Source of the DNA: the human T2T-CHM13v2.0 reference genome, Homo sapiens | NCBI RefSeq assembly: GCF_009914755.1 | Contig: NC_060932.1 | Length of the DNA stretch: 64,000 bases | Strand: one strand, 5' to 3' | In this document: positions 1-13,196 of the stretch, piece after piece | Position numbering within the stretch: the first letter of the stretch is position 1 | Layout of the letters: each line of letters opens with the position of its first letter | The notes under the pieces: model-generated | Database searches by the model: none | Seen by the model: only the letters and a program-made list of their open reading frames with translations | Told to the model about the DNA's origin: nothing | Program-made: the position numbers and the translations under genes

Positions 1-74
1 CCAGTTCCTTAGGCCTGGCTCTTACATTCTCTAATACTATGGGGAGTAGAAATTTCTGCGTCCTCCTGGGTGGA

Positions 75-815
75 GTGTGTGAGTGTGTGCATACATATGT
101 GTTTATATGTGTGTGTGTGCACTGTGTAGGTGATATGCGTGTGTGTGCGTGCATGTGTATGTGTGTATATGTATGAGTGTGTGCTAGTGTGTGCATTTGT
201 ATATGCATGTGTGTATGCATGGGAATGTGTGTATGTGTGTGCATATTTATAGGTGTGTCTCTGTGCATGTGTATGTGCGTATGCATGTGTGTTTATATGA
301 GTGCATGTGCATTGTGTACATAGGTACATGTATGTGTGTCCATGTGCATGCTATATTTATGTGTACATGTTATGCAATGTGCAGGTGTGTATGTGTGTAC
401 ATATGTACATGTGTGTACATGTGCATGTGTATATATGCAGGTATGTATGTATATGTGTACATATGTACATGTGTTTATGTCTATGTGTGTGCATGTGTGT
501 CTGTGTGTGCATGAGTATATACATGTGCATGTATATTTGTGTACATATGTACATATGTGCGCACATGTGTTTGTGTCTGTGTGCATGTTGTGTGTGTGCA
601 GGTGGGCCGTTGCTTTGTAGTTTTGTGGGGGCTAAACAAAGGATGTGCATGATGCTGTCCATGTGTGCATGTGTATATGTGTGCATGTGTGTTTGTGTAC
701 GTATGTACATGTATGTGTGTGCATGTGTTTGTGTCTCTCTCTGTGTGTATGTTGTGTGTGTGCATTCGCGTGTATATGTGTGCATGTGTGTTTGTGTGTG
801 TATGTATGTGTATTT
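75..815. repeat. Degenerate (TG/TA/TGCA)n low-complexity microsatellite, interrupted by a unique island at ~598-657
   Basis: Almost entirely tgtg/tata/tgca runs; it generates the His/Thr and Cys/Val ORFs in the track. Confidence 0.95.
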
Positions 816-3800
816 GCTACGAGTGGTATCTTGAAGAAATGGGATTGTGAGGATGAAAGGGAAGAGTTTGTGTTCGCAGCCACACATAAACTCACAGAAT
901 AGCTTCTGATGGAGCACAGTAAATTTTGGAATTAGGTATGAGGAAGCATCTTTGGTCATTCTTAGTTCTTTGAGATATTTTTCATTTAAATGAAAACGTA
1001 TGCCTTTTTCTAGATCTTGATGCAAACAGTTGCATCAAAGTGGAGCTTGTGAGTAAGAATGCAGATAGAAAATCATGGGAATTATTCACGTGGATGACCT
1101 GATTTTATTCTAGTCTTACTTATGAAGTCTTCTTCCTGCTCCACAACGATTGAAGAGACAGGAAACAAACTTTTAAAATTACGTAAATAAACGGGCCAAG
1201 GGGAAATACAAGAGGACAAGCAAAGACAGACACAGCTTTGCACTGCACTCGTGGCTTATCTCACCATGGACGCCAAATTCAAACCTGTTGGCGACTCATC
1301 ACACTGGACTGACGGCACAAAGGTTCTTGGGAAATAGAATCATGTTCAGCATCAAGTAGGAAAAAAGTCACAAGTACTTGCAGACAAGCCAATCAAAATT
1401 GAAGGAAAAATAGAATCAGCACCTAGTGTAAATTAACTTCAGAAATATGCAGTCAGGACTGTCCTTGCGGACTTGCATTCTAGCTTCTGAGCTGAAATTT
1501 GTGTCATTAAACTGATATCTAGATGATGTACATTTCTTGACTTACTACAATTCAAAAAAAATGAAACAAATTACATGAACACAGTGGCTATCATTTCCCC
1601 CTTGTGAATGGCATAGTACCAGTCTATACAATTTTGGATGTTGTCTTTCTGTTGACTGTTAGTTACTTTAGACTACAAATCTCAGAACATTTAAATAATG
1701 ATTTGTTACATTACTCTAAACCTAATTATTTTATATTCACTCACACCATCCCCTCTGTTGGTTCTGAAATAAACTATTCAAAGGAGTGCAGAGCCAGTGG
1801 GTGTAGAGAATTATGTTTTATTAATTGGAAGCATTCTAACAGTAACCATATTGACTGATCACATGCCCAATATTCTCTTTTTGACCAACTTTGCTGCTGT
1901 CAAGAAAAGAAGGATAATATTGTACAGTAATTCAATGCTAATAATTTATCAGTTCCACTATTTTGTAGGTATTAATATCAAAAGCTGGTTGTTGGAAAGT
2001 CGAACAATGTAGCAAGGGCTCCCAGATGTGCCATTTCTATCTTCCTGTGTGTGATTGGATCTCAGCTCTACAATGTGTTCTGTGCTGTGTGGGAAATTTA
2101 CACAATCCCACTGGTTGCGGGGTTCTGGGGGTCAGTTGATTAATGGGGTGCTGAAAATGAGATCGTTCCACCACACTGCAGGCAGGAAGAAGCATTTGTC
2201 ATCCCAGATGATTTTCTGGAATACTTGGCAGCATTGTCAACTCCAGATTGGAAAGCAATGAACAACTCCATTCAGGCAGCACCTCCCAGGGCTCAAGAGG
2301 AGAGGTTTAGTCCCACTTAGCAGGTAACAATTGCCAGCCAAGCCGCTGGATTACGATAAAGGAGGCATAGCTGGTAAAAGAGTAAGAAGTCAAAAACCAG
2401 CTCTAAGCTGGGAACTTGCAGCAGAAACTGACTGTAGCAAACGCGTGTTTTCTTCTGTGATGTGTGTGTGCACTTGCCACTCATCTGTGTCCAAATCCTC
2501 TCTTCTCCTGCCAGGTCTGGGCTTCCCTCTTCCTGCTGAGCTCTGTGCCCTGCAGGGCTGGTCTCCTGGTGCAGCATCGGAGGGGTCCCCTCGGTGGTCT
2601 GGTCCTTATCAGGTTCTGCCACCCGAAGGCTCTGGCAGGACCCGAGAGGGAGGGAGGGCAAAGGATCAGACGTGGATGCCCAGATCTTTGGCTCCGGCTG
2701 CAGGTTGGTGGTGCTGCACTTCCCGTGCACGGGCGTGGCTTTGCTCAGGAGCCTTTCGTGCGGTCTGTGTCTCCCTTGCCACTCTTGCCCAGGTAGTCAT
2801 GGTTCCTAATGCGGGGCTCTGCTCTGCCACTCAGTGGATGCCCTTGACCCCTCCCCCCGCCGTGGCTTTTCCCAGAGCCCATCCTCACACCTGCCTGAGC
2901 CCCTTTTCCGAGGGCACCTGTTTCCTGCCAGGACCTGGGCTGTGGTCCATGATCCCTCACTTCCTATTGCGCATTTGGATGTGCTGTTGAGGGTGAGTTT
3001 TTAAATTCCTCCCGCAGGTGATGTGCTGTCCAGGTGGCCTTGTGACCACCTGGACAGGGAGTGAATGGCTCAGAGAAGACGGCAGTGGCTGAGGAGCTGG
3101 TCAGGAGGGAGGGAGATTTGTTTGTGTAGGGACAGGTGTGCTACGCTGGGGCGGGTGGACTCTCCCTTCTTAGTTTTGTGGGGGTTAAACAGAGGATGTG
3201 CATGATGCTGAGCACTCCAAGGAGAGGGGGCTGTGGCCGGGGTGCACGGCTTGCCCCTAGTCACACAGACCTGCTGCAGCCTGGCTTTCTGTGCCATAGA
3301 AACAAGGAGGCTCAGAGGCCACGTTGGCTCTTTAGGTGGCAGGGGAGGCGCCACTGCAGGGCTGGTGTCTGCACCGTGCCCTGTGAGAAGGAGACTTGGG
3401 CCCGGGGTGGCTCTGCAGCCAGGCACGGTGGGGCCACCCCACAGTTTCACACTGACTGCACCTTCTCCAGTTTCCTGGTCGTGGCAGAGACAGGAGTGGC
3501 TCCGAGAGGCATTCTATTCCCGTGATTTGGGCCGTGTACCCGGTCAGTTAGCCAAAACTGGGCTCCTTACAGATTCTTAGAATGCTAGGGGTCATGTGCT
3601 CATCCTAGGTGAGACAGAATCCAACGCCTGCAACTTTCATCTTTGACAGGTCCTACGCCTACTCTTAACTTCTGCCTACAATCAAACCCAAAGGTTAAAA
3701 GCTTTGAACTTTTCCTACTCTCAAAATTGTACCAGCTATTCATATATTCGTCAGCCCAGTTTTTGGCAAAGGTGATTTAAATTTGCTGTTTAAAAGGTAA

Positions 3801-4430
3801 ATACTCTCATGCAATTCAAAAACCAATAATATAATACAATAAATAGTAAACACTCTTCCTGTTCTTCATTTCCAGAGAGAATAAATGTAGCCTTTGAAAG
3901 ACATTTTTAATCTATTCATGCAGGTGTGTGTGTGCACAATTCATTTAACAAATCGTCGCAGGACACTTATGATGTGCCATGCACAGTGCAAAGCAATTTA
4001 AAGTCTAACCTTTTTTAATTCTCATAATAACTACATTAGGTCCTCATCCTTTGTATGAACTTAGGGGCCAGATATATTTTAGAATTCAGAACTTCCTTTG
4101 ATGAATGGGCCATATACAACACCCCAACAACTTCTGGGGTAGCACTCATAATTAAAGACATTAATATTTTTGCAGGAAACTGAATGAGAATTCCTAGTCA
4201 GTAAGATAAATGAAGAAGGTAGTTTTATGTCCATAAAGGCATGATTTTGTCACTGAATGCTCAAAAAAGCCACGTTTAGTTCTCAGAGCTGTAAATAACG
4301 GACTTGGGGCTTGTAACTCTTCATTTTAAAGATAAGAAATTGAATCACAGGAGTTTATGAACCATGCTCAAGGCCACACAACTAGTAAGAGAAAGAATTG
4401 GGGTTTGAACCCAGGCTGTCTGATTTAAGA

Positions 4431-4481
<51 letters not shown>

Positions 4482-4540
4482 ACTATCTAGCTATTTATCT
4501 ATCATCTATCATCTATCTACTCTATCTCCTCTACTATCTA
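4431..4540. repeat. (CTAT)n tetranucleotide STR, ~12 perfect units plus a degenerate tail
   Basis: Uninterrupted ctat repeats at 4431-4481, followed by variant units. Confidence 0.95.
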
Positions 4541-4639
4541 TTTTTCTGTATATACATGTATAAATGTTTTCCTGTTTTAATCAAGATTTTACAGTGATAC
4601 ACACACTATTCTGCACCATGCTTTTAAAACGTAGCACTT

Positions 4640-4952
<313 letters not shown>

Positions 4953-5597
4953 TTATTTTAAGGATATTTCTACTTTAATCCATAAATGGTTTCTAGTTCT
5001 TGTATTAATGGCGACATCATGTTCCATGTTTTCATGAACTGTGATTTATCAGAGAAGCCCTTGCAACGGTGATCTAGGTTGTGTCATCGCTTCTGCGTAA
5101 CAGCAAGGCAAAGCTGCGGATTTATCGCCGTTCTACCCAGGTTTCCTGTTGATTACGGCAGGGTTTGAGGTGCGGTCCCTGGTGTTTCATCATGACAAGT
5201 GGAGGTTTGCAGGAGAACTTCATAACCATCTGCAGAAAAGGTGAAGTCACATCTTGAGACCAGCTCTAGATATGTTACCGATGGGCTAATGGTTTTGATG
5301 TAAAATAAGTAAAAACATTAAAGGGCTAGAAGAAGCCAGAGGAAAAGTCATTTAGAGGGTTGTAGTGTGAAAGTCTTTCTAACTGCAACACAAAATCCTG
5401 AAGCTACAAATTAATAGATTATATTAATAGATTATAAATTAACCTAAATAATGATATTGACAAATACCTAAGATAAGAATTCTCCATGGAAATGCCCATC
5501 ATGGAAAACAACAAGTGGGGGAAATGTTGAAATCCTGTCAGAGAGAAAGAGCTAATTCAGGATATGGATGGAATTAACAAAACATCATCAATAAGAC

Positions 5598-5887
5598 TTT
5601 TTTTTTTTGAGTCAGAATCTCACTCCATCGCCTAGGCTAGAGTGCAGTGGTCCAATCTCAGCTCACTGCAACTGCCTCCCAGTTTCAAGCGATTCCCCTG
5701 CCTCAGCCACCCGACTAGCTGGGACTACAGGCACCTGCCATCATGCCCGGCTAATTTTCATATTTTTAGTAGATAAAGGGTTTCACCATGTTGGCCAGGC
5801 TGGTCTTGAACTGCTGACCTCAAGTGATCCTCCCGCCTCGGCCTCCCAAAGTGCTGGGAGTACAAGCGTGAGCTACCGCGCCTGGCT
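5598..5887 (-). mobile_element. AluS-type SINE
   Basis: Poly-T followed by reverse Alu body ending gcgcctggct; flanked by ca(a/g)taagactttt. Confidence 0.95.
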
Positions 5888-6651
5888 CAGTAAGACTTTT
5901 AGGCACAGGTTAAGTATACTAAACTTCATTCACAATGTGAAAAATGTAAATCAATTCTCTCTTCAAGCTATAAAGAAAAATAACAAAAACAATATCTTTA
6001 CTCCTAGGCATGTGCACCAGGAAAACTGTAATTTTAAAAAGCTTGCTTCTAAAGTAGATAAATTATGTTTAAATTATCAAAAATGTACAGAAGCCAAAAT
6101 AATTATTTTGTCATGCTTATGTAAACATGGCAAAGGTCAAGAGAATCTTTTTTGAATTTTCATCCCATCTTTTCTGTTCTGACAATAGAATGAACATAGA
6201 TTTAAAGACTTTCAACAAAAGCCTCTCTATGTGAAGGGTTTATTTTGTTTATTTTGATCAGTTTTGTGGTGTTTTCTCTGAACATCATCATTTGTTAGTG
6301 TGATGTTTCTTGAGATTGCTGTAAAGGAAACTCAGGAACGAAGCATTCCAACTCCAGATAATTATATCTGTCTGAGTTATTCCTATTCTTTGCTGAAAGA
6401 GCACAGGTATTAGCCAATTCTAAAACTAAATGCCTCTCTTCAAATCACTCCTCTCCCACAAAAGGTTTCTTTCTTTTCTTTCAAGATAATCTTACACAGA
6501 AAACTCATTTAGCAATTTGCTTAGGAAAGATAATATTTTGGGTGTTCTGAGCTTTTCATTGGGAGTCTAAGCCAACATCTGAAGCAGAGTTTAAAAACCA
6601 AAACACAGGTTTAAAGAAAAAGATGAAAATTGGATTATTGAAGAGGAAGAG

Positions 6652-7195
6652 TGTGATGATTAATATTGAATGTCAACTTGTTTGGATCGAAGGATGCAGT
6701 ACTGTTCCTAGGTGTGTCTGTGAGGGTGTGGCCTAAGGAGATTAACATTTGAGTCAGTGGACTGGGAGAAGCAGACCGACCCTCAGTCTGGGTGGGCACC
6801 ATCTAATCAGCTGCCAGCGTGACTAGGATAAAGCAGACAGAAGTTGGAAAGAGCAGACTGGCTGTGTCTTCCAGCCTCCGTCTTTCTCCTGTGCTGGATG
6901 CTTCCTGCCCTCGAACATGGGACTGCAAGTTCTTCAGCTTTTGGACTCTTGGACTTATACCGCTGGTTTGTCAGGGACTCTCAGGCCTTTGGCCACAGAC
7001 TGAAGGCTGCACTGTTGGCTTCCCTACTGTTGAGGTTTTGGGGCTCCGACTGGCTTCCCTGCTCCTCAGCGTGCAGATGGTCTATTGTGGGACTTCACCT
7101 CGTGATCGTGTGAGTCAGTTCTCCTTAATAAACTCCCCGTCATGTATACATCTATCCTATTAGTCCTGTTCCTCTAGAGAACCTGGACTCATACA
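6652..7195 (+). mobile_element. MLT2A (ERVL) solo LTR, MLT2A2-like
   Basis: TG...CA termini; tgtgatgattaatattgaatgtcaacttg start, ggtgggcaccatctaatcagctgccagc core, aataaa near the 3' end, gaacctggactcataca end. Confidence 0.85.
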
Positions 7196-7370
7196 GAGAG
7201 GAAGGCATCCAGGACAGAACTGAAGTTGAACAGGAGCAGATGGGAAGACAGGATATCAAGTTCCAGGCTTGGGGTGGAGACAGAGAACAGGAGCTGCTAA
7301 AATGGAGAGCCATAGAGCAGGTGGGGAGAGTCCTGTGGGCACACAGTTCACCTGGTTCCTTTAGGGATGG

Positions 7371-7731
7371 TGTATTTGTCCCTTTTCATGCTGCGGATAA
7401 AGATATACCTGAGATTGGGTGATTTACCAAAGGAAGCGGTTTAATGTTTAATGCATTTAGAGTTCCAGGTGGTTGAGGCTTCACAGCCATGGTAGAGGGC
7501 AAGGAGGAGCAAGTCACGTCTTACATGATGGCAGCAGGCAAAGAGAATGAGAGCTTGTGCAGGGGAACTTCTCTTTATAAAACCATCAGATCTCATGAGA
7601 CTTATTCACTATCAGGAGAATAGCACGGGAAAGACCTGCCCCCATGATTCAATTACCTCCCACAGGGTTCCTCTCACAACACCTGGGAATTCAAGATGAG
7701 ATTTGGGTGGGGATGCAGCCAAATCATATCA
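7371..7731 (-). mobile_element. THE1 (MaLR) solo LTR
   Basis: Reverse complement of the THE1 start at gagatttgggtggggatgcagccaaatcatatca; ~360 bp; gatgg/gaagg TSD-like flanks. Confidence 0.88.
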
Positions 7732-8713
7732 GAAGGCCTGCTCCAAGTTCTGGTTTCTCAAGGAGCATTTGTACATTAGATGTCCTCAGGCTCTGTCTGC
7801 TGCAATCTATTTCCTTTGCAGTCTTGTTCCCACTGGAATCTGAGTGTCTTTGCAATCCACAAATCCTAAGGAGTGAGCTAAACTGGACAGTCCTGACTGG
7901 TCTGGGGTGAGTATTCAGCCACTGGTCTGGTTGGCTGGTGACCCAGGAGATGGCCTTCCCCAGGCCCTGCAGCTGAGTGGCAGCCCCTCGTGCCACAGTG
8001 ACAGAAGGAATGAGTGCCATGGGCTCAAGTGCACCATGTCCTCCGTCCATCACCGTCCGCGAGAAATGCTTTCGAGTCTGTGCGTTCCGGCTGCCTGGGA
8101 ATATGCATACTTTGTTTAGTTGTCAATTTGGAGGATTTCTTCTGCAACCAAAATTTCTATCTTCTTATTTCTGCTTTGTCCTCAGAACAAATCCTTGGTA
8201 TTTAGGAGACGTGGACACGTCTCTGTTTCTTGAGGAAGAGTTTTCTTCTGCTCTTGTCCTGCTTCTAACTCTTGCTTCCCATTTGGGAGATTCTCTGCCT
8301 CATGCATGGTGGTGGGAGAATACTCTGCTCACTGGAGTGGACGGAAGCCCTCGTTCTAAGCCTCTTCTCAGCTGGGTGCATCTGAAGCACCCATTCTGGG
8401 CTTGGGCACAGGTGCCAGTGGCAGAGAGAAGCAAGGACATCATGGAATTCGCTCCGGCTGGGGAGGCTGGAGAAGGGGTGGCATGTCGTTTTCCAAAGGC
8501 AGCAGGCCCGGTGGTTTGAGCAGCTGGTGTTTGATGGAAGCCTGGTGGAGGCCAGTGTCCCTGGGACCATTTTGTGGTGTGGTGTTCCATGTTTTTCTTG
8601 GCTGGGCAGCCTTCGAATCCATTTTCCAAGCCTCCTGGAGATTCTCTTAGCTTCCAAAGTCATTTAATAATTCCACGTTCTGCTAATGTTGGCGTTGGCT
8701 TGTGGGACACACC

Positions 8714-9050
8714 TGGGGGAGGCCCCAGACTCCTCAACAGCCGGGGGAGGCCCCAGACTCCTCAACAGCCGGGGGAGGTCCCAGACTCTTTAACAGCCGG
8801 GGGAGGTCCCAGACTCCTCAACAGCCGGGGGAGGCCCCAGACTCCTCAACAGCCGGGGGAGGCCCCAGAATCCTCAACAGCCGGGGGAGGTCCCAGACTC
8901 CTCAACAGCCGGGGGAGGCCCCAGACTCCTCAACAGCCGGGGGAGGCCCCAGACTCCTCAACAGCCGGGGGAGGCCCCAGACTCCTCAACAGCCGGGGGA
9001 GGCCCCAGACTCCTCAACAGCCGGGGGAGGTCCCAGACTCCTCAACAGCC
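8714..9050. repeat. Minisatellite, 28-bp unit x ~12 (ccgggggaggccccagactcctcaacag)
   Basis: Near-identical units at 28-bp period. Confidence 0.97.
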
Positions 9051-10761
9051 AGATCCCACGGGAACCAACCAAACTCACTTATCCTTGGGATGTGCTAAGC
9101 ATTCCCCACCAGGCCAGCATGCCAATCAGGACCTGTGGGACTTCCTGCAGGTGCTGAGGACAGAGGGGCGAGTAGGACGGCCACACTGGCCGAGGAGCAG
9201 AGCCCCCTGGATCACAGCAAAGAGGGAGGCGGTGTTTCAGTGGGAGCCGCTGCCTTTATTCAACTTCTCATTTTAATTCCTCTGTGGAAAAATCCTATCA
9301 AATAGTGCCTAGATGAAAACAAAGTTCTTCATCTCTGTTTTTTTTTAACCAAAAAATAATTTTCCAGGTGAAATCCCAGGTTTTTATAACACAAAATCTT
9401 CTGCCTATGCCATTAAGGCCTTGAGTTGTATTCTAGAAAAATAATACTTTCGGAGATTTTTCAAAAATCTACTAGAGAAAAGCATATAAACTGAAATAAA
9501 AGAGTTATGATTACTATTAGGTCATATCATCTTTAATGTTCCATTTATTCATTGAGAGGTCTCTTAATTTTAATGTAAACCAATTAGAAAAGATGGAGTT
9601 TGGTTCAGCTGCAGGAGGATCCTCCATGAATATTAGAGGCAACTCATAGCCTGGTGGCCCCAAGATAGCAAAGCAACCCTAGCTTGGAAGGCAGCCACAA
9701 GGAAGGCTTTCTCTGGATTCCTAAGTCCTCAGCTCTGTCCTGACCTGAATGCCCCAGGTAAGTGACTGGAGAACGACTTCTGTCCCTGCTTAGGCCTGAT
9801 ATTTTGGTTTGAAATTGAAGATGCTGAAAATATTTATAACTAGGCCCAAGAGACATGCCATTCTGGTCTAATGACTTCATGAAACATTTGAAAGTGAATT
9901 ATTGAGTTTCATCTTATAGAATGCAAATAAGAAATGCCTTAACCCCCAGAATTTCTTTTGGATAATTTAAAATAAATATATTGCAAATAACACATGAAGG
10001 CAGGTGTTAATAATTCTATTACTTGGTCATAAATAGAGCATATGGGTATTGAGTTTGATGCATTTAAATATTTTAATGTGTCACCTGAAGACAGAAATCT
10101 GCTAAGGAAATTTTCATTAATCACACATACCAAGCATAAAGTAAAGAAAATACATCTTACAGGAAAATTGATTTTTATGCTCTCAGTTTTGTCATAAAAA
10201 TATGCTATAGATACAATCAATCACAGCTTCCACACTAAGTCCTTTAACACTGGACATTGTTTTTGAAACAAAACAGCTGGGTTGGAAGTGTATTCAAAGT
10301 TTATTCCACATGCAATATGAGAATAATAGTAACGTTACCCCAAGAACATCTGAAATAGTATTTGCAGAGCCATAGCATCTTCCCAGCTGCAAAGGACATT
10401 AGAATCCATTTAGTTCAATAATAATTTACAGAAGAGAAAACAGACCCACCTTCATTGGGAGAGACTTGTGAGAACTGCCCAAGCTAAATTTGGTTTTGGC
10501 TAACACTCTTGGACACTGCTGAGGTCCAACATGTGGGGTTGCCGGGAGCTAACTATGGGGATTTCCATTTCCCAGAATAGAGGGAGGCTGAGAGGTGCTC
10601 TAGGGTCACTTGGCGCACAGCCCACGGAGAGCAAGGCTGGGGCTGACCCTAGACTCTCGCTTCATGGCACACGTTGATGCCCACCGTCTTCTGTGACATC
10701 TGTGCTCCTTCGCCTTCCGTTCACCTTCCACAGACAACTGCGCCCTGCAAGGATCGTGGGT

Positions 10762-10973
10762 CCAAGAACAGCCTTGCGTGCTGGGTGTTCACAGCAGTGC
10801 TGCCTGCCCTGCCTCCAAGAACAGCCTTGCTTGCTGGGTGTTCACAGCAGTGCTGCCTGCCCTGCCTCCAAGAACAGCCTTGCGTGCTGGGTGTTCACAG
10901 CAGTGCTGCCTGCCCTGCCTCCAAGAACAGCCTTGCGTGCTGGGTGTTCACAGCAGTGCTGCCTGCCCTGCCT
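10762..10973. repeat. Minisatellite, 53-bp unit x 4
   Basis: ccaagaacagccttgc...gccctgcct starting at 10762, 10815, 10868 and 10921. Confidence 0.97.
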
Positions 10974-11461
10974 GGGGTAGGGCCCACTGGCTCTCGCTGC
11001 TTCAAGTGCTCCATGTCCTAGGGGCACCTGTGGACCAGGCACCTTCTACACAACCTGGAAAGCTACACAAGGGTGCCTCACAGGATTTATTCTACACATC
11101 CAGAGCGCTCCAAAAGACCAAGAAAAACTTTGTAACTCTTGGGTGCCAATGAGTACAAAGGCAGATCTCAAAGAGAAGCAAATTTGGTTTTATAGCTTTT
11201 ATAAATCGCAAATCCTGCTCAGCTTTGTAAAATCACTCATGAGTATGGCAGGCTCTTCTAGCTATATGTGTGTGCGCATACCCTCAGGAACATCTCTTTA
11301 TGGCAAAAGAGAGGAGAGAAGCACCCAGAGAGAGAGCGAGACAGAGAGAGAGGCTGACCTACTTATAAGCCTCGACGATCTTTAACTCAGCATTGTCCCT
11401 CATTTCCACAATAATTCATCAAGCTTAATTACAGAGAGGTATAAAATATAAAATACCACTT

Positions 11462-11880
11462 GGTATGGACTGACTTGTGTCTCCTCTACCCCCCACCAAA
11501 ATTTGTACATTGAAGTTATAACCCTGGGTACCTCAGAACATAACCTTATTTGGAAATTGGGTCTTTGCAGATGGAATTAATTAAGGTGAAGTCATTCTAG
11601 GGTAAGGTGAGCCCTAATCTAATATGACTGGTGACCTTACACAAAGGGGAAATCTGGAGACAGACATATCCACAGGTGAAGAAATGTGAAGACTGGCATT
11701 CTGGGGCTGCGAGTCAAGGAGCCAGCAGCAGCTCAGAGACAGCCTGGATCAGCTTCCTCCCCAACATTTCCGAGGAAGCCGTTCCTGCAGGCACTTTGAT
11801 CTTGGACTTCCAGCGTCCAGAACTGTGAATCAATAAACTCCTGTTGTTTCAGCTGCAGAGTTGATGGTAATTTTGCAAGT
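11462..11880 (+). mobile_element. MLT1 (MaLR) LTR, MLT1B/C-like
   Basis: tatggactgacttgtgtctcc start, ttatttggaaattgggtctttgcagatg, and gacttccagcgtccagaactgtgaatcaataaa motifs typical of MLT1. Confidence 0.75.
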
Positions 11881-11919
11881 CTTACTTGGAAAGAGAGTTC
11901 TAGGATAGTTCCCAATTCA

Positions 11920-12378
11920 TTTTCTAATAAATATTGTATTTTAGAGTAGTTTTACACTGATAGTAAAATCACACTGATAATGCAGAAGTTTCTCATATAT
12001 TGCCTCCCCAGGGCCCCTGTCTTTGCCACCTTACACTAATATAATACATTTGTCCCAGTAAATGGATCAATGCTTGATTAATAACCGAAGTCCCACTGGT
12101 GATGATGAGAGTTCCTGTTGCTCCAGATCCTTGCCAGCATTTGGTGGTGTTGTCAGTGTCTGGATTTTGATCACTCTAGCAGGTGTGTAGTGGTGTCTCA
12201 TTGGTGTAATTTGCATTTCACTGATAATATACGACCTGGAGTATCTTTTCATATGTTTGGTTACCATCTGTATGTCTTTTTTGGTGATGTGTCTGTTCAG
12301 ATCTCTTGCTTATTTTTAAATTGGGTTGCTTGTTTTCTTATAGTTGAGTTTTGAGGGATCTTTATATATTTTGGACAC
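11920..12378 (-). mobile_element. Old L1M fragment
   Basis: cttgccagcatttggtggtgttgtcagt...aggtgtgtagtggtgtctcattggtgtaatttgcatttc resembles the reverse L1 ORF2 3' region; boundaries approximate. Confidence 0.65.
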
Positions 12379-12453
12379 ACATCTCTCCTCTAGGCAGCTG
12401 ATGGTTCTATGAACACATGGCAACCTTCTCTAAGCAGGATCATTCACGGTAGC

Positions 12454-13196
12454 CATGATGATGAGTTTTACGTGTCAAGTGAATTGGGCTAAGGGATGCC
12501 CAGACAGGGGGTAAAACCTTATTTCTGGGGGTCTGTGAGGGTGTTTCTGGAAGAGACCAGCATGTAAATCAGGGACTAAGTAAGGCAGGTGCCCCCCAGT
12601 CCCCCCGCAATGTGGGCATCATCATCCTATCCATTGGAGAGCATGAGTAGAGCAGAAACGAGGAGGAGGGCGAATTCTCTCTCTCTCCTTGAGCTGAGAC
12701 ACTTGTCTTCTGCCTTCAGACATCAGAGCTCCTGGTTCTTGGGACACTGAGCTCTAGGACTTCCATCAACATTGACCTCCACCGTTGTTCACAGGCCTTA
12801 AGCCTTGGACTGGAATTTACACCATCTTGTACCCTTGTTTTCAGGGCTTTGGGCTCAGACTGAACCACACTACTGGCCTTCCTTGTTCTCCAGCTTGCAG
12901 ATGGCAGATGGTAGGACTTCTTGTCTTCCAGAATTGCAGGAGCCAATTCCAAAAATAAATCTCTCTCTCTCTCTCTATCATCTATATATCATCTATCATC
13001 TATATATCATCTATCATCTACATATCATCTATCTAATCTACCTACCTAATTTTCTATCATCTATATATCATCTATCTATCTAATCTACCTACCTAATTTT
13101 TCTATCTAATTTTCCTATCATCTATGTATGTATGTATGTATGTATCTAGCTGTCTATCTATCTCTCCTGTTTTTCTGGAGAACACTGACTAGTACA
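12454..13196 (+). mobile_element. MLT2 (ERVL) solo LTR with internal (TATC/TATG)n microsatellite at ~12960-13165
   Basis: gtgtcaagtgaattgggctaagggatgcccaga, tctggagaacactgactagtaca end; 5-bp TSD gtagc on both sides. Confidence 0.85.

Noticed and set aside
9-1025. His/Thr and Cys/Val-rich ORFs (also at 24846-25566 and 35872-36718)
   Set aside because: Artefacts of CA/TG dinucleotide repeats.
2147-2320. Protein-looking frame GAENEIVPPHCRQEEAFVIPDDFLEYLAALSTPDWK...
   Set aside because: In-frame TAA at 2141, no clear splice acceptor and no recognised homologue.
4431-4481. Possible named forensic STR
   Set aside because: The flanks match no primer sequence I can recall, so it is left unnamed.
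5607-6155. Alu-derived ORFs (also 4564, 18186, 37543, 63221)
   Set aside because: Typical Alu translations (LECSG...SDSPASAS).
6795-6812. DUX4-type motif in the MLT2A LTR
   Set aside because: It reads ccatctaatca and lacks the leading TAA of TAAYYYAATCA, so activity cannot be supported.
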